Assembly (NCBI RefSeq): GCF_009914755.1
Contig: NC_060928.1
Reading direction: 5' to 3' (one strand)
Source: the human T2T-CHM13v2.0 reference genome, Homo sapiens
Length of the DNA: 64,000 nucleotides
The position numbers and the translations under genes were made by a program. Positions 29,715 through 45,220 of the stretch are shown here, piece by piece. The stretch's first letter is position 1. Each line of letters starts with the position of its first letter. Under the pieces are notes generated by a model. It did not search any database and was not told the origin of the DNA. It was given only the letters and a program-made list of their open reading frames with translations.

Positions 29715-29960
29715 TGCAGTAAAGTAAAGCGGTTGAGAGTGTGGGCTCGGGAGCACCCCCATCTTCAAATCCTGCTTTTGCCACTTATTAGCTGTGTGAC
29801 CTTGAACAAATTACTTGACCACTCCGTGCATCAGTTTCTTCATTGGTAAATAGGGATAATAAAAGTACCTACCTTCTAAGACTGTAAGGAAACCCTGATA
29901 AATTAACAAATACAAAGGACTTAGCACAGTGCCTGGATGTTGTAAGTGCTGTGTTTAACG
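29715..29960 (+). mobile_element. MIR, near full length
   Basis: GCCACTTATTAGCTGTGTGACCTTGAACAAATTACTT..ACTTAGCACAGTGCCTGG. Confidence 0.85.
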
Positions 29961-32446
29961 TTAGCCCTTACACTAGGGCTTGGTCATTGGTAGGCACTGA
30001 GTACATGTTAGATTTTACTGGACTGTTTTAGATGGTGGAGGCTGTGATGCAGGAGAATGGAAAGAACTCAGGAAGGGAGATTAGGACAAATCCATTTAGT
30101 TTATATTCCTTAGTCACTGTATTTACAACTTTTATCAAACCAATTATCTTTCTTAAGAGCTATGGACTTTGCTTGGGCATCCACAGATGCCCAGAACTCA
30201 AGATTGGAAGGAAACATGAAGCTCAAATAACAAGTAATTAGAAGGAGCTCACTTTGAAAAATATGTTTGCTTTCAAATGGAGCTTTAAATGAGCTCATGG
30301 GAAGTTTATTATAAAACGGTTGCCTGCACCAAATGCCTTAATGGGAAAAACCTTATCGCAGTTCAGTTGTTTAAATAATACACAGACCATGTCCCTCCTG
30401 AGTCTCTGTTCTCGCTGTGGGAGTCAAAGTTTCTTTGAATGTCCCAAAGTATTCCAAAGCAATCACAAAAACACATTTCAGATTTAGAAGGGAATTTAGA
30501 AATCTCTCATCGTAAGCCCTCTATAGCTGAAGAAACATCCCCAAAGGGCTAGAATGATTTGCCCAAGGCCACTTAGCAACTGGCTAAGCTCAAATCAACA
30601 CCCACTTCTTTAACTCCTATTTCAGGGCCTTTTCCTCTAACTCATCTTCAGTCTTGGGTAGGTGTTAGGGAGGAAAGGAAGCTGCTGCATGAAGATGTGG
30701 AATTTTCCCATTTTTCCCCTCTCTCACACAGAAAAAGGGATAAATTGATCACATACCTACAGAAACAATTATAACTGAGCTGAGAAAGTGTCTAGGCTAA
30801 GCAATGAATCTGAATCACCAAGTCTTCAAAGTAAAAGTTTATTAGAGGCAGGTAAGGTTTGTTCATTTGTTTTTTACCTCATCAGGACTAAAACCTGTTG
30901 CTATGTTGAGTCCTGGCAGCTTTTTGTGATACATGTGGACAAAGAGCATGGCTGACCATCTAGCAGTGGGGTTTTGCATTCCCGGAATGACTTTAGTAAG
31001 CAACGTAAACTGATATAGGTGTCAGCCCAGTGTGCTCTGGTAAGACAGGGCTCTCCAGTGGGGAGGCATCTTACCTTCGGGCAATGGCAATGGCTTCTGC
31101 ACCCCTTCCATGCCTATAAAAGAGTCCAGGAGCCATCAGGAGCTGGATTTGAGGGATTAGGGCCTTAGTGATTTGTCCATTCCATCGGGTTATGGTTTCC
31201 TGACCCACAGTGTCCATGGCCCATAAAAGTGTAAGAAGTTGAGCCTACCAGAGCCATACTCAACCTCACATTTGAATTTGGAGGAAGATTACATAACTGT
31301 TTACTCAACTTGACTGGCACTTGCAAATTACCCCCTCTTTTTGCCTTTGAATAAGTAATGCGTATATGCAAACAATAAACACCCTTGAATGACCAGGACT
31401 CTTGAGCACTGTGGGAGACTCTACTGGGTGGTTCCCAGCTCCCATCTTTAACTTAGCTGGGTTATCTTCATATTGCTTTAGTTCCTTTAAGTGTAGGTGA
31501 CATCCCACCTCTGCAGACTTGATGTTCCTGCAAAACCAGTGTCATTGCACACTACTAGTGGGGAGATGGAACTGAAAGGGATCAAGACCTTGTAATTAGA
31601 AGTGGGGCGGGGCTGGGGTGCTAACAGAACTCTCAGAGTTACACAGTGTTTGCATATTTCTGGGATTTTTTTCCCGTCTGACCTCTGCAGTTATCTTCTG
31701 TTACTGGGTATCTCCTAACCACCAGATTGAAGCTTCTACAATTCAGAGGCTCTCAAAGTTTTGGTTTCTGCCTATGATTACAAAGAACCAGGGCCCAAAC
31801 TGGCATCTTTGACCTGAAAACTCTTTAAGGCTTCGTGTTTTATAAAATAAAGTGATTGAGATGTGATTGTATGAATGCTGGAACTGTCCTAACACCTCCT
31901 GTGTTCCTGTCCTCAAACTGGTTAATGCCTGGAGTTCTGCCTATAGAGACTCATCCTTCAGTAAAGGAGTAATTTGCCTGGACTGAACACGCTAGCCTCA
32001 GACCTCTGCGAGCTCTTGAAACTATACACACAGTTTGAGTGAAGTGTATATGCCCATTTTTAGCCCTGAGGAGAGGATATTTAGATCTTTGCAGATACCC
32101 AAAAGGGTCTATAACTCACCAAAAGCTTAAGAGTGATTGCTTTTTCCAATAAATTGTTTTAAGTGATTTATTATTTAGGTTGCATGTGGACATACACGCA
32201 GACACAAATTTCATATATCACAAAGAGGGCCAACTGGAAACTTTGCCTAAGGTTTTTCTCTAGGGAAAAAACCTCTATAATCTTATTTTTTTCCTATTTT
32301 AATTGAAAATAAAATCTGTATACTTATGAGGGAGATGATCACACTGCAGATGCTATGTCTCCATTTTCATCTTCAAAAATAAGGAGGCCTGGTGCAGGAC
32401 TGATGGGAATTCTGAAACTGACTCTGAGAAATGCAATCTCTTAAAG

Positions 32447-32680
32447 CAGCGGTCATCAAACTTTTCTCAGAAGAGTTAGATAGTAAATATTTTAAGCTTT
32501 GCAGGACAGGTGATCTCTGCGGCAACTACACAACTCTGCTGTTACAGTAAAAAGAAACAAAAAAGGCAGCTGTAGACAATATGTAAACAGATGAGTGTGA
32601 TGGGCTTTCAATAAAACCTCATTTGCAAAACCAGGTGGAAGGCCAGATGTGACCCATGGCAGCAGTTTGCTAATCCCTTT
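32447..32680 (+). mobile_element. MER58A (hAT-Charlie)
   Basis: CAAACTTTTCT..AGATAGTAAATATTTTAAGCTTTGCAGG..CAATAAAAC..CAGTTTGC. Confidence 0.8.
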
Positions 32681-33022
32681 ATTTTCCTTTTTCTTTCTTT
32701 CTTTTTCTTCTTTTTTTTTTTTCTTTTTTTTTTTTTGAGACGGAGTCTCTGTTGCCCAGGCTGGAGTGCCATAGCGTGATTTTGGCTTACTGCAAGCTCG
32801 GCCTCCTGAGTTCAAGCGATTCTCCTGCCTCAGCCTCTCAAGTAGCTGGGACTACAGGTGCATAGGTGCATGCCACCACGCCTGGCTAATTTTTTTGTAT
32901 TTTTAGTAGAGACGGGGTTTTACCGTGTTAGCCAGAATAGTCTCAATCTCCTGACCTCGTGATCTGCCCACCTCGGCAGATCAAAGTGCTGGGATTACAG
33001 GCTTGAGCCACCACACCCAGCA
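32681..33022 (-). mobile_element. AluSc/Y-type with TSD
   Basis: CCGTGTTAGCCAG..TGACCTCGTGATC; TSD GCTAATCCCTTT; small AGGTGCAT tandem duplication. Confidence 0.93.
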
Positions 33023-33861
33023 GCTAATCCCTTTCTTAAAGGTTTAAGGATGCTATTGATTGAAATTGGTAAGGCTCCCATATCTGCCATGTTCATGATG
33101 TGTACCAACTTCAAGCTGCTTTGCAAAAACAAAATACCTGATCGTATTGTCCTGTTGGTTGTTGTGTTGAAATGAAAATAATTTCAACAAATATTTCCAC
33201 ATGCTGGGCAAGCTGTGGGTGATGTTAAACACCTAACAGTTAAAATCAAGAACTCCACATGCCAAATCTTCCCAGGGGATAAGACAAAAATAAAACTATA
33301 TTCTTTAAACTATGATTTGTCTTTTCATGCAACTCAAGGAAATCAGATTTTTTGGCAAATGAGTGCAGTAAAACAATCCTTTTGCCCTAAGGCCTCACTC
33401 TGGGTGGGAAATCCTTCCCTGATCCTCCACAGGTAGAATTCTGTTTTTTCTGGAAACCGGATACCTTTTAGAATCATAGACTCTGGCATTGCAAACACAT
33501 GCATGTTGGGCCTGCCAGGCTTCAGGCTGTGGCTTGTCCAACTGGGGAGAAAAAAAGAAAATATAATGCTCCAGAAGTCTACAGCTCCTTTCCTTTTCAA
33601 GACAAAAGAGTAGAAACACCGGTCCTCTTATTACTTGTCACATTTGGAATAATTAGACATTCTATCTTCCTGTTTAATGTTTAGTTTTACATGCTGTCTG
33701 GTTAGAACATTTCATATGTGTACAATAACATCTAGTGAGGTTTTAACAAATGACTTCAGAGGAAAAAGAGGAAGGAGCTGGACTGGACACCAAATGAATG
33801 AAAGGCTACCAAAAAGTTCATCAAAATCAAAACCACTCTTCTGGATGAAAACATACCCCCT

Positions 33862-34160
33862 CGACTATAATCCCATCACTTTGGGAGGCTGAGGCAGGCA
33901 GATCACTTGAGGTCAGGTGACCAGAGACCAGCCTGGCAAACATGGCAAAACCCCATCTCTACTAAAAATACAAAAATTAGCTGGGCTTGGTGGCATGTGC
34001 CTGTAATCCCAGCTACTAGGGAGGCTGAGACAAGAAAATTGCTTGAGTCCAGGAGGTGGAGGTTGTAGTGAGCCGAGATTGAGCTACCGCACTCTGGCCT
34101 GGATGAGAGAGCAAGACCCTGTCTCAAAAAACCAAAAACAAAACAAAACAAAAAACAAAT
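33862..34160 (+). mobile_element. AluS, slightly 5'-truncated
   Basis: ATAATCCCATCACTTTGGGAGGCTGAGG..; (CAAAA)n tail. Confidence 0.9.
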
Positions 34161-34447
34161 ATACCACATAAAAATCAGTGAGTGCTGAGTCAACAAAAGG
34201 AAAACAATCAAAATGTAAGTAAGCTCTGCCCACTGCCATCAAGGAGGTGAAATCGTAGTTGCAGACACACACACAGACAAGCGAAGAAAGACTTTACATT
34301 GCCAGGTAACAGATATATTTAGGTTGACATGAGGAATCAGACTTCACAAGTGCCAAGCTAGAAGACGGCACAACAGAAAAATCAAGGATGCAATGCATAC
34401 ACAAGAATCAGCAGGAAGAAAGGGGTCCTTTTTTGGGGAGTGTGCGT

Positions 34448-34675
34448 CAGCTTTATTGAGGTATAATTTAGGAGCAGTAAATTCACCCTTTTTAGTGTAT
34501 ATTTCTATGAGTTTTGATAAATACATAGAGTCATGAAGTCATATTTCTACCAACACAAAAATTCCCTTGCACTCTTTGGTAGTCAACTCCTCTGGCCACT
34601 CCCCAGCCCTTGGCAACCACTGTCCCTATAGTTTTGTCTTTTCCAGAATGTCAAATAAATGGAATCATTCAGTCA
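34448..34675 (-). mobile_element. L1MB 3' end fragment
   Basis: CAGCTTTATTGAGGTATAATTTA..CCCTTGGCAACCACTG..TTTTCCAGAATGTC..AAATGGAATCAT. Confidence 0.75.
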
Positions 34676-35041
34676 GTAGCAGTAAAGGTGAGATTTAAAT
34701 CTTAAGCAAAGAGGAGCTTCTTAGAGCTGAAATGTTTCTAAAGCATCTTAAAGCAGATGGAGCTGTTCGTAAAGGAAGCTTGTGCTACAAAAGCTGCCAT
34801 GGATAATGGAACTTGTGCAGGTTTGTTACTTCCACACAATGTGTCGCTAAACATTCTGTTGCCTCTTAGTGGCTAGCCAGGGAGTTCCCAAAGCCCCAGC
34901 CAGTAGGTGGGTTCACAGAGATTTACTGATGACTGCCTTGTGCTAGGAATTATACCAAGTAGGCTTTAGAGCTGTGGCTATATGTTGGGCTGTCTGCTCA
35001 GCCTATACTTTTATGTAGAAATCTTCCCCACTCAGAGGTGG

Positions 35042-35419
35042 TGATATGGTTTGGATCTGTGTCCCTGCCCAAATCTCATGTCAAATGGAAATCCCCGATG
35101 TTGGAGGAAGGGCCTGGTGGGAGGCAACTGGATCATGGGGGCAGAGTTACCCCTGTTGTTCTCGTGATAGTCAGTGAGTTCTTATGAGATCTGGTTGTTT
35201 ATAAGTGTGTGGCCCCTCTCCCCCTTCCTTCTCTTCCTCCTGCTCCAGCCATGTAGGATGTGCCTGCTTCCCCTTTGCCTTCTGCCATGATTGTAAGTTT
35301 CCTGAGGCCTCCCCAGCCATGCTTCCTGTACAGCCTGCAGAACCATGAGCCAATTAAACCTCTTTTCTTTATAAATTACTCAGTAGTTCTTTATGGCAAT
35401 GTGAGAATGGACTAATACA
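35042..35419 (+). mobile_element. MSTA solo LTR
   Basis: TGATATGGTTTGGATCTGTGTCCC..GAGCCAATTAAACCTCTTTTC..GGACTAATACA; TSD-like GGTGG/GGTTG. Confidence 0.9.
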
Positions 35420-36123
35420 GGTTGGTCTCCCAGAGCCATGTGTGTGCTCTATGATAATGCCTTGTGGTCATAGCTGGTTAGGCCACAGGTGAATCTCTGA
35501 CTTCATTAATTCAACAAATATTCATTCATTTAACAAATATTGAGTGCCCATTATGTATCATGGACAGTGTTGGGGGTTGGATCAATGCCTAGACTCAAGC
35601 TGGGGGCATCAGATTTTCTCTCCTGGAATTTTAAATTGGGCATAAAAGACAATCGTCAATCTGGGCTGGTGGCTATGGGGGGCGGGGGTGGTGCACACAC
35701 CAATATAGTGAAGGTCTGGTTTGAGGAAAGATGTGCAAAGAAGTGGAGATGGGAGACTCTGGGGTCCTGAAGAGAGACCAAAACTACTCACCCCCAGTCC
35801 TTCCTGCCTTTCTGGCTACTCATTTTCATTCTTCTTCATAGGATTCTCTCCTCATCCATTGAGGGATGATGTTTCTCAAGGTTTTTCCTCTTTTCTTTTC
35901 ACTCTTAACTATTTTGCCAGGGAGACCCCATCTACGTTCATGTTTTCAATTCCATCTATACTTTGATGATGCTCACATTTAGATGGTCAAGCAAATCCCG
36001 CTCCCAAGGTTCAGACCCAGCTATCATGCTTTCTACTCAGCATCACCACCTGGATGTGCCATATTCACAAAGCTCTATGTGTGTAGAACTGAACTGATAT
36101 TTGAGCCCTTAGCCCTTACTCCC

Positions 36124-36603
36124 TGTGGTAGGCAGAATAATGGCCTCCAAAGATGTCCACCTCTTAATCACTGAAATTTGTGAATATGTTGTCTTATGTG
36201 GCAAAAGGGACTTACTTGGCAAATGTGAATAAGTTAAGGATCTTGATGGGAAGATAATCCTGGATTATGTGAGTGAATCCAATGTAATCACCTGTGTCCT
36301 TATAAGAGGGAGGCAGGAGTGTCAGAATCATAGAGAGAGTTTAGAAGATGCAGCTCTACTGGCTTTGAAGATGGAGGAAGGGGCCATGAGCCAAGGAATG
36401 CAGGTAGCCTGTAGAAGCCGGAGAACACAAGGAAATGGATTCTCCCCTAGAGCCTGCAGAAGGAAGCAGCCATTCCAACACCTTGATTTTAGCCCAGTGA
36501 GACCCACATGGACAGCTGACATCCAGACCTATAAGATAATAAATTTCTGTTAAGTCACTAAGTTTGTGATAATTTGTTACAGCAGCAATAAGAAATGAGT
36601 ACA
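36124..36603 (+). mobile_element. MLT1D solo LTR
   Basis: TGTGGTAGGCAGAATAATGGCC..GGCTTTGAAGATGGAGGAAGGGGCCATGAGCCAAGGAATGCAGG; TSD-like CTCCC/CTTCC. Confidence 0.88.
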
Positions 36604-37105
36604 CTTCCAAAAGCTCACCCTTCTACATTTTCGATCTCAGCAGTGTCACTTCTGTTCATGCAGTTCATAAAGGCAAGGCAGAATCGTAGGAGCCATCCTT
36701 GACTCCGTTTCCCAGGTGCACACATCCACTCTCCTTCCTGAACACCTCTCGAATCTACCATTTCTTTCCATTGCCATAACCTAGTCTCAGCCACTATTCT
36801 TGATTTCTCTGGCACCTTCCTAAATAGTTGCCCTGCCTCCCTTCACCCTATTCTTTGCCCTGAAGTCAACATGAACTTCCTAAATGAAAACCTGATCATG
36901 TCACGTTTCTACTATAAACCTTCAATGGCTTCCCATTGTCCTTAGGGTAAAGTTCAAACTTTGATGTGGCTCACCAGGCTTGTGTTCTGTGATGCCTATT
37001 TTCTTCCCTAGCCATTATCTCTCCCCATTCTCTTCTTTCCTGTTCTCCCCTTCAAAATACGTATGCTGCCTATACCACATGCATTCTGGTTCTTGCATGT
37101 GAAGT

Positions 37106-37106
<1 letters not shown>

Positions 37107-37138
<32 letters not shown>
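37107..37138. repeat. (CT)16 microsatellite
   Basis: Direct reading. Confidence 0.95.
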
Positions 37139-37142
<4 letters not shown>

Positions 37143-37589
37143 CTTCTGGGCCTTTGGACATGATTTTGTTTCTATCAAGAGCATTTCTCCCTGGCCCTTG
37201 CCTCTTTGGCTTCAGACTTTGGCTTCCTCTGGAAGCACTTCCTGACCCTTCCAGTTTGGTTTAAACGTCATTCTTATGTGCCCTGACACTTCGACCTCCC
37301 CTGTCTTAATGCTCATCAAGCTACATTGTAATTGCTTATTTAATTGTACGTCTCCTCAACTAGACTTTAAACTCCATGAAGTTCTAGAAGAATGGCAGCC
37401 AAGTCTGTCTTACTCATAGTTGTATTTCCAGCTTCTAGCACAGTGCCTGGCACAGAGGGGTTCCTCAACAAATGTATTTTAAATGAATTCAAAGAGACCC
37501 ATGGACAAAATTGAGAAGAGGGAGAAGTCTTTTGAAGCTGATGGTGTTGGAGGGGCAGAGGGAGGTGGGAATCAAGAAACACTTCAGGG

Positions 37590-38132
37590 AATATGTAGTG
37601 TTTGTACTGGGCCCTTGTCCAGCTTTTGAGCTGTTGTCCTGCACCCCCAGCTGCCTTTCTATATTATGCTCTGTAGAGGTACGAACAGGTGTCTGAAAAC
37701 TACATTTCCTAGGCTCCCTTGCCAGCTGGGTCCAGAGGAAAATCCAAAGGCAGCAGCAGAGAGAAGAGTCCTGCTCTAGTTTTGAGAGTGAAGACTGCTG
37801 GAAGTTGCTGGAGCAGCAGCAGGGGTTGCAGGGAGGAGGAGAATTCCAGATTGCAGCAGCCCAGGCAGAGGCAGCAGCTTTCCAGCAGTTCCAGCCATGT
37901 CCCTTTGTCTCTCCAGAACTGGCAAGCCTCACAGCAGCAAGTGTGAATGTAGGGACTTCAGCCCAAGGAATTTTAGCTATGGCTTCTTTTCTTGCTCCTT
38001 TAACCCCTCTGTTTCTTCCATTTACTCTTCCAAACCTCCCAGCACCTTGGAAATCAATTCACTGTATCAAATTCCCTGTGTTTGAAACATCTAGAGTGGG
38101 AGTCTATTTTCGAGCCTGGACCCAGACCCATA
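37590..38132 (+). mobile_element. LTR33/LTR41-like ERVL LTR
   Basis: AACTACATTTCCTAGGCTCCCTTGCCAGCTGG..TGTATCAAATTCCCTGTGTTTGAAACATCTAGAGTGG. Confidence 0.55.
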
Positions 38133-41100
38133 TTGCCTTGAAGACAGGATAGCGGGAGAAGACAGAAAGGCATTCCATTGGAGAGACTGCCCCAAGCAAG
38201 TGTCCAGAATGGGAATGTTTGGAGGGGTTGTGGAGAGTGAAAATCAACCTATTTGGTTAGGGCATAGTGAATGAATAGGAGAGTGGCAAGTCACTAAACC
38301 ACAGAGGCATAAAAGGTCTATATAATGGAGAAGCTCCAATACTGGGTGGAAAAGTTTGTACTGGTTTTGGTAAGCAATAGAGATTCACTGAGGCCTGAGT
38401 CAAGTGCCATAATGGGAGATGGGCATGGAGAAGACCATTTTGCTTAGTGGTGAGTGTGATGAGTTGGAAAAAAAAGAAAGATGCAATAGACTAGCAAATA
38501 TGTAGTATTTAGAGGCACTGGTTGGATGAGATGAATGAGAGAGGAAAATCAAAGATGGCACCACAATTTTCCCCCTGTTTAACTGGAAGGTAGGGCCCCT
38601 AGGAGATGTCAGGAAGATATCAGGAAGAATGAAAGTGGCTTGAAAGCTGTGGAAGGCAGAGAATAATATTTGGCATCTGTATAGCACTTGGAGTTTTCAC
38701 ATATGTGATATCATTTGATTTAAATTCCAATCTCTTAGCTCTTTTCACTAGTCATTGATATTGATCTATAACTGGGCAAAGAAGCTGAGGCTACATAACA
38801 TGATTTAGCGATCATCTGTATGGAGGAGACAAGCAAAAACAGGACACCGGATGAGATCACTAAGGGCAAGAGTAGAGAAGCCAGACCTACAAGGATGCAT
38901 GTGGGGTGCGGGTGAGTCTGGGAAGGATGAAATGTTGGAGGTAAGAGAAAGGCTGGTTAGAAAGGAGGACGGTAAGTATTGATAGCAGGAGGACCAAGAC
39001 AGTTGGTGCTACATAAGCCCAGAGAGAAGGAGATTTTATAAAAAAATTGGACATTTTTTCCCCTAAAAAATGACTGTCACATTCTGCAAGGTGTTAAGGA
39101 GAATAAAGGTTGAAGAAAAATCCACTGGGTTTGCAGATAACAGTTTCAATGATTAAGTGGGGACAGAATCTATATTTCTTGTGGCTAAAGAGTGGTTGAA
39201 TTATAAGAAACAAGGCAATGAGAATGGCTCATTTTCCCATTCTCTTGGCCCCTTTCCCATCCATTTCCTCTGTTTGCCACCAAGTCCTTCCCTCCTCATA
39301 CCCTCAGCCTACTCACCCATGCAACTTCCGATACCACCTGCATCTGAGTGTAGAATGGGCCAGTTGTTGGACGTATGTATACGAAGCTGGCTCACTGACT
39401 TGCAAGTTTGGATTTCAGAGAGACACAGTCTGTGTGACCAGTATCAGCTTACTGTAGAGGCTGAAAGTATTTATTAGTGTCAAAGGTTGGTACTTAAAGT
39501 TGTAGACACCAGCTCAAAGTTTTTTATTAAAGACATCTAGCAGTTTATTAAGCAAAGGCTGGCTGACATATATGACTTCATGAAAAACGGGAATAAAAGA
39601 ATTATACAATTTTCTCCCTTTAAAAAAAAAGCATCGCTTGTGTTCTTACATACTTGACATCCACTAGAAGTCATAAAATCACACCAACACAGTATATATG
39701 TTAAAAGCTCCATATCTCCTGAACCCCTGGTGAAGTCTGCAGAACACATTCAAAACAGTTGGTGAGAGTAGGCCACAGCGGGAGGGAGCAGACTTCCTGT
39801 ACTTTGTCAGACTGGAAGAAGTCAAAGTTAAAATCTGATTACTTCGCAAGGATTCCAAAACCTGATCTAAATCGCCTTTCAGAATCTGTTAACAAATCAA
39901 AGAGCATTTCCAGTAGCACCAAGCAAGAGGCCTTATGGCCTGATAATTCTGGTAAGTTCCACTTTTGGGATAGGGAATATTTGACCAAGTTAGATCCTTC
40001 ATAAAATGCAGAGCCTGTTAAACCCCAACCTAAATATGTTCATAATAAAATATCAGCCTTCCAAATTACATTCTATATGAACAAACAAGCCCACGAAACA
40101 TCCAAACAACAGTGCAGTAGGTGGAAACAGATGTCATCATTTATTTTAAGATTCGTTTATTCAACAATCGAATGGAGGAATGTTGCTTATTCTGTACAAC
40201 ATCTTAGGATTTAAGTAGTTTACCTGCTATTTTGAAACATGCATAGGGCTGTCAAATAGTTTCCTGGGTTTTCAGAATAGCTCCTAAACTGTGCAACTCT
40301 GCTTTCTTTCCACAATATAAACAAAAAGGGTTTTTTTTTCCTTAAACTTGCCATAAAAACGATGTCGTCATAGGATAAAAATTTTAAAGCGGCTTTAAAA
40401 AATTAAAACCTATGAATTAGTCTCAAGCAGCCTAACTTTATTTTTCTAACCACCAATTCCAACAGTAATAAATACTTATGATTGAGATCTCTGAGTATGA
40501 TACTTATAATAGGACATAGTAAAAGCCTAGTTAATTTCCACTTCTGGTCTTGAATCGATTTTTTTCTAATGTGTAAAATTTCAAACAGAGCTCTTGCTTC
40601 ATTTCATGTTACTTTCCTTCTTTATTTAGTTAAAGAAGATGTGTGGGAAGGAGCATGAGGGAGGCATAGGGATAGCAGGGTGGGTTCAATCTCCTTTTCC
40701 ATCACCCCCCCCGCCCTTTCTGTCAAAAAAAAAATGCTGAAAAAATTAGTCTCTACCCTTGCTGGCTCAACTTCATCACCTCCCATTCACTTATCCGCCC
40801 ACTGCCATCTGGCTTCCATCCCAAAACTCCATTCAGATTGTTCTCATTAAGATCACCAATGCTTTCCTCCTTGCCAGATCCAATGACCTATTTTTAGGTC
40901 TCCTCCTGGTTGACCTTCTGCGGCATTGCACATGCAATGCAGACCCGAGGCTCCAAACTCACATGCCCATAGGCTGGCTGCAGTCTACACAGGTGAAGCT
41001 GGGTTTGGTATTGCGTAGGGTGAGTCACAGGAAGCCTGTCCAACTGTGGGCATGTGTCCCTTCTAAGGTAGCAGCTGCTGCTGTCTCTGGTTGATTTTGG

Positions 41101-41189
41101 TCATGGAGGAATGTGGACACCGCATTGATAAATATTTTGATTTTTTTTTTTAAAGAAAACTTGGTTTTTATGAGAATGTTTATAATTCT

Positions 41190-41514
<325 letters not shown>

Positions 41515-41785
41515 TCTAATTTCTAACTATTGGCTCAATTTTCGTTTAATGCTTGTAGGGAAAGTAGACATCACTGTAGACCTCCGAGGAGAAGACTGTA
41601 CTGTAGATGAGTCTATGGTTCTCTTGCCCTCTGGGCCTGGTTCTTTATAGGTTCTGCCTATTTGTTTCTGCCCATTTTTCTGCTGTTCCCCTGGCCCCCA
41701 TACCTACCTCAATCATATTGAGGCTCCCTGTGTTCCTTCTTAGTCCCCTTCTATTTTCTCCTCCTCGTGGGAAATGTTGTAGACC

Positions 41786-43282
<1,497 letters not shown>

Positions 43283-43450
43283 CCCAGGCCTGCTTTTGCT
43301 GATGGTTCCCCACTACATCTTCAGTCTGGATTCTGCATCTCCTCTCCAGACCTGCTGTATCTTGGGGGTTTGCAGGCAACTCAAGCTCAACATGTTCTCA
43401 CCTGACATCATCCCTCAAGTGTGTTTCTCCCTTTACATTTCCTTGTTTTC

Positions 43451-43451
43451 C

Positions 43452-43489
<38 letters not shown>

Positions 43490-43720
43490 TTTTTTGAGAC
43501 AGGGTCTCACTCTGTCACCCAGGCTGGAGTGCAGTGGTGTGATCACAGTTCACTGCAGCCTCCAACTCCTGGGCACAGGTGATCCCCCCACCACAGGGTA
43601 GCTGGGACTATAGGCATGCACCACCACACCTGGCTTTCCTTCTCCTTCCTTCCCTTTCTTCCCTTCCTTCCCTCCCTCCCTCCCTCCCTCTTTCTTTCCT
43701 TTTCCTTCCTCCCTCCCTTC

Positions 43721-43783
<63 letters not shown>

Positions 43784-43946
43784 TTTCTTTCTTCTTTCCT
43801 TTCTTTCTCTTATTTTTTTGTAAAGATGGGGTTTCACCATGTTGCCCCCGGCTGGTCTTGAACTCCTGGGCTCAAGCAATTTGCCTGCCTCAGCCTCCCC
43901 AAATGCTGGGATTAGGATTATAGGCGTGAGCCACAGTGCCTGGCCT
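43451..43946 (-). mobile_element. AluJ with microsatellite-expanded linker
   Basis: Two arms separated by ~180 bp of pyrimidine repeat; TSD ATTTCC(T/A)TGTTTTC. Confidence 0.92.
43636..43815. repeat. Compound (CCTT/CCCT)n-(CTTT)16 STR
   Basis: Perfect CTTT run at 43721-43784. Confidence 0.95.
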
Positions 43947-44816
43947 ATTTCCATGTTTTCTTAATGAAATATCATCTCGACACACATTTGTAACAGAGTA
44001 GTTGCTAAATTGTTGAATGGATGAATGAAATCGTAGAAACATTTTCATTTTTCTCTGTTCTTTCACAGAAAAAGGAAGAATTAAGTCTTCCTGGGCAATT
44101 AGGAAAAGGCTCTTGGAGGAGGTAATATATGATCTGTGGTTTTAAGAATGAACAGGTCTTTCAGGCAGCATGCATGATACGTTTCTACCGCTATCTGGGT
44201 GACTAGAAGTTATTTCTGAGCACAGGCTTGTCATGGAGAAGAAAAGGGGAAGGAGAAGAATCAGGAACAACAATTCTTCCACTGCCAGAAACATAAAACA
44301 TAACTGAAATTAATGAGTTGCAAAATAATTCCTGTATTAAAAATTTTTTGGAACGTGTTCACATGACACTTTTTAAAGCTTCATGCTTGTTTGGTTAAGG
44401 TCCATACATATCAATGTCACATCCAAGTAAATCTATGTCTCCCCAAACTTTTCAGTCACATAATACATTTCATTACGACTCTTCTATATTCACATAATGC
44501 TTTTCCCAGTGTCTTACAGATAACCCATCCTTCATCTAGGTATCAGAGGTTGGGATTCAACATCTCAAATAGAGAAAGAAGAGATAGTGCTGACCATGAA
44601 GACATCTGGTAAAATGTAGCATTGACATCGGAGACCATTAACGGCATATACTATATTACAATTTTATCAACAGTAAATATGACATCCGAGATAAAGTTGT
44701 TAACCCAAACTAAGTTTTAAACTTTATTAATAGCAGAGCAAGAGTTCCTTCCAGTTAAAAACAGAATCATATAATCTTGGTAAAGTCAAGACAGATACGA
44801 TCCTCAACTACCTTTG

Positions 44817-45220
44817 TGTCAAGCAGTTATTTGTGTTGCTATAAAGGTGTACCCTAGACCAGGTAATTTACAAAGAAAAGAGGTTTAATTGAATCATGAT
44901 TCTGCAGGCTGTACAAGCAGGGCACCAGCACCTGCTCAGCTTCTGGGGAGGCCTTGGAGAGCTTTTACCCATGACAGAAGGTGAAGCAGGAACAGGCCTG
45001 TCACAGGGCAAGAGAGGGAGCAAGAGAAAGAGAGTGTGGAAGTGCCACACACTCTCAAACAACCAGATCTCGTGTGAACTCACACATCACCAAGGGGATG
45101 GCACCAAGCCTTTCATGAGGGACCCGGCCCCACGATCCAAACACCTCCTACCATGTCCACCTCCAACACTGGGGAAAATATTTTAACATGGGATTTGGAG
45201 GGGACATCCAAACTATATAA
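44817..45220 (-). mobile_element. MSTB-like solo LTR
   Basis: GGTAATTTACAAAGAAAAGAGGTTTAATTG..TTCTGCAGGCTGTACAAGCA..GATTTGGAGGGGACATCCAAACTATA. Confidence 0.85.

Larger units (their letters stand above)
35790..37490 (+). mobile_element. L2, split by MLT1D
   Basis: CTGATCATGTCACG..CTTCAATGGCTTCCCATTG..CTAGCACAGTGCCTGGCACAGAG..AAATGAAT. Confidence 0.7.

Noticed and set aside
31115-31122. Canonical TATAAAAG
   Set aside because: Isolated motif with no CpG enrichment or exon structure to support a promoter.
37745-37940. CAG-rich stretch giving Gln/Ala-rich ORFs
   Set aside because: Degenerate low-complexity tract inside an old LTR, with no pure repeat.
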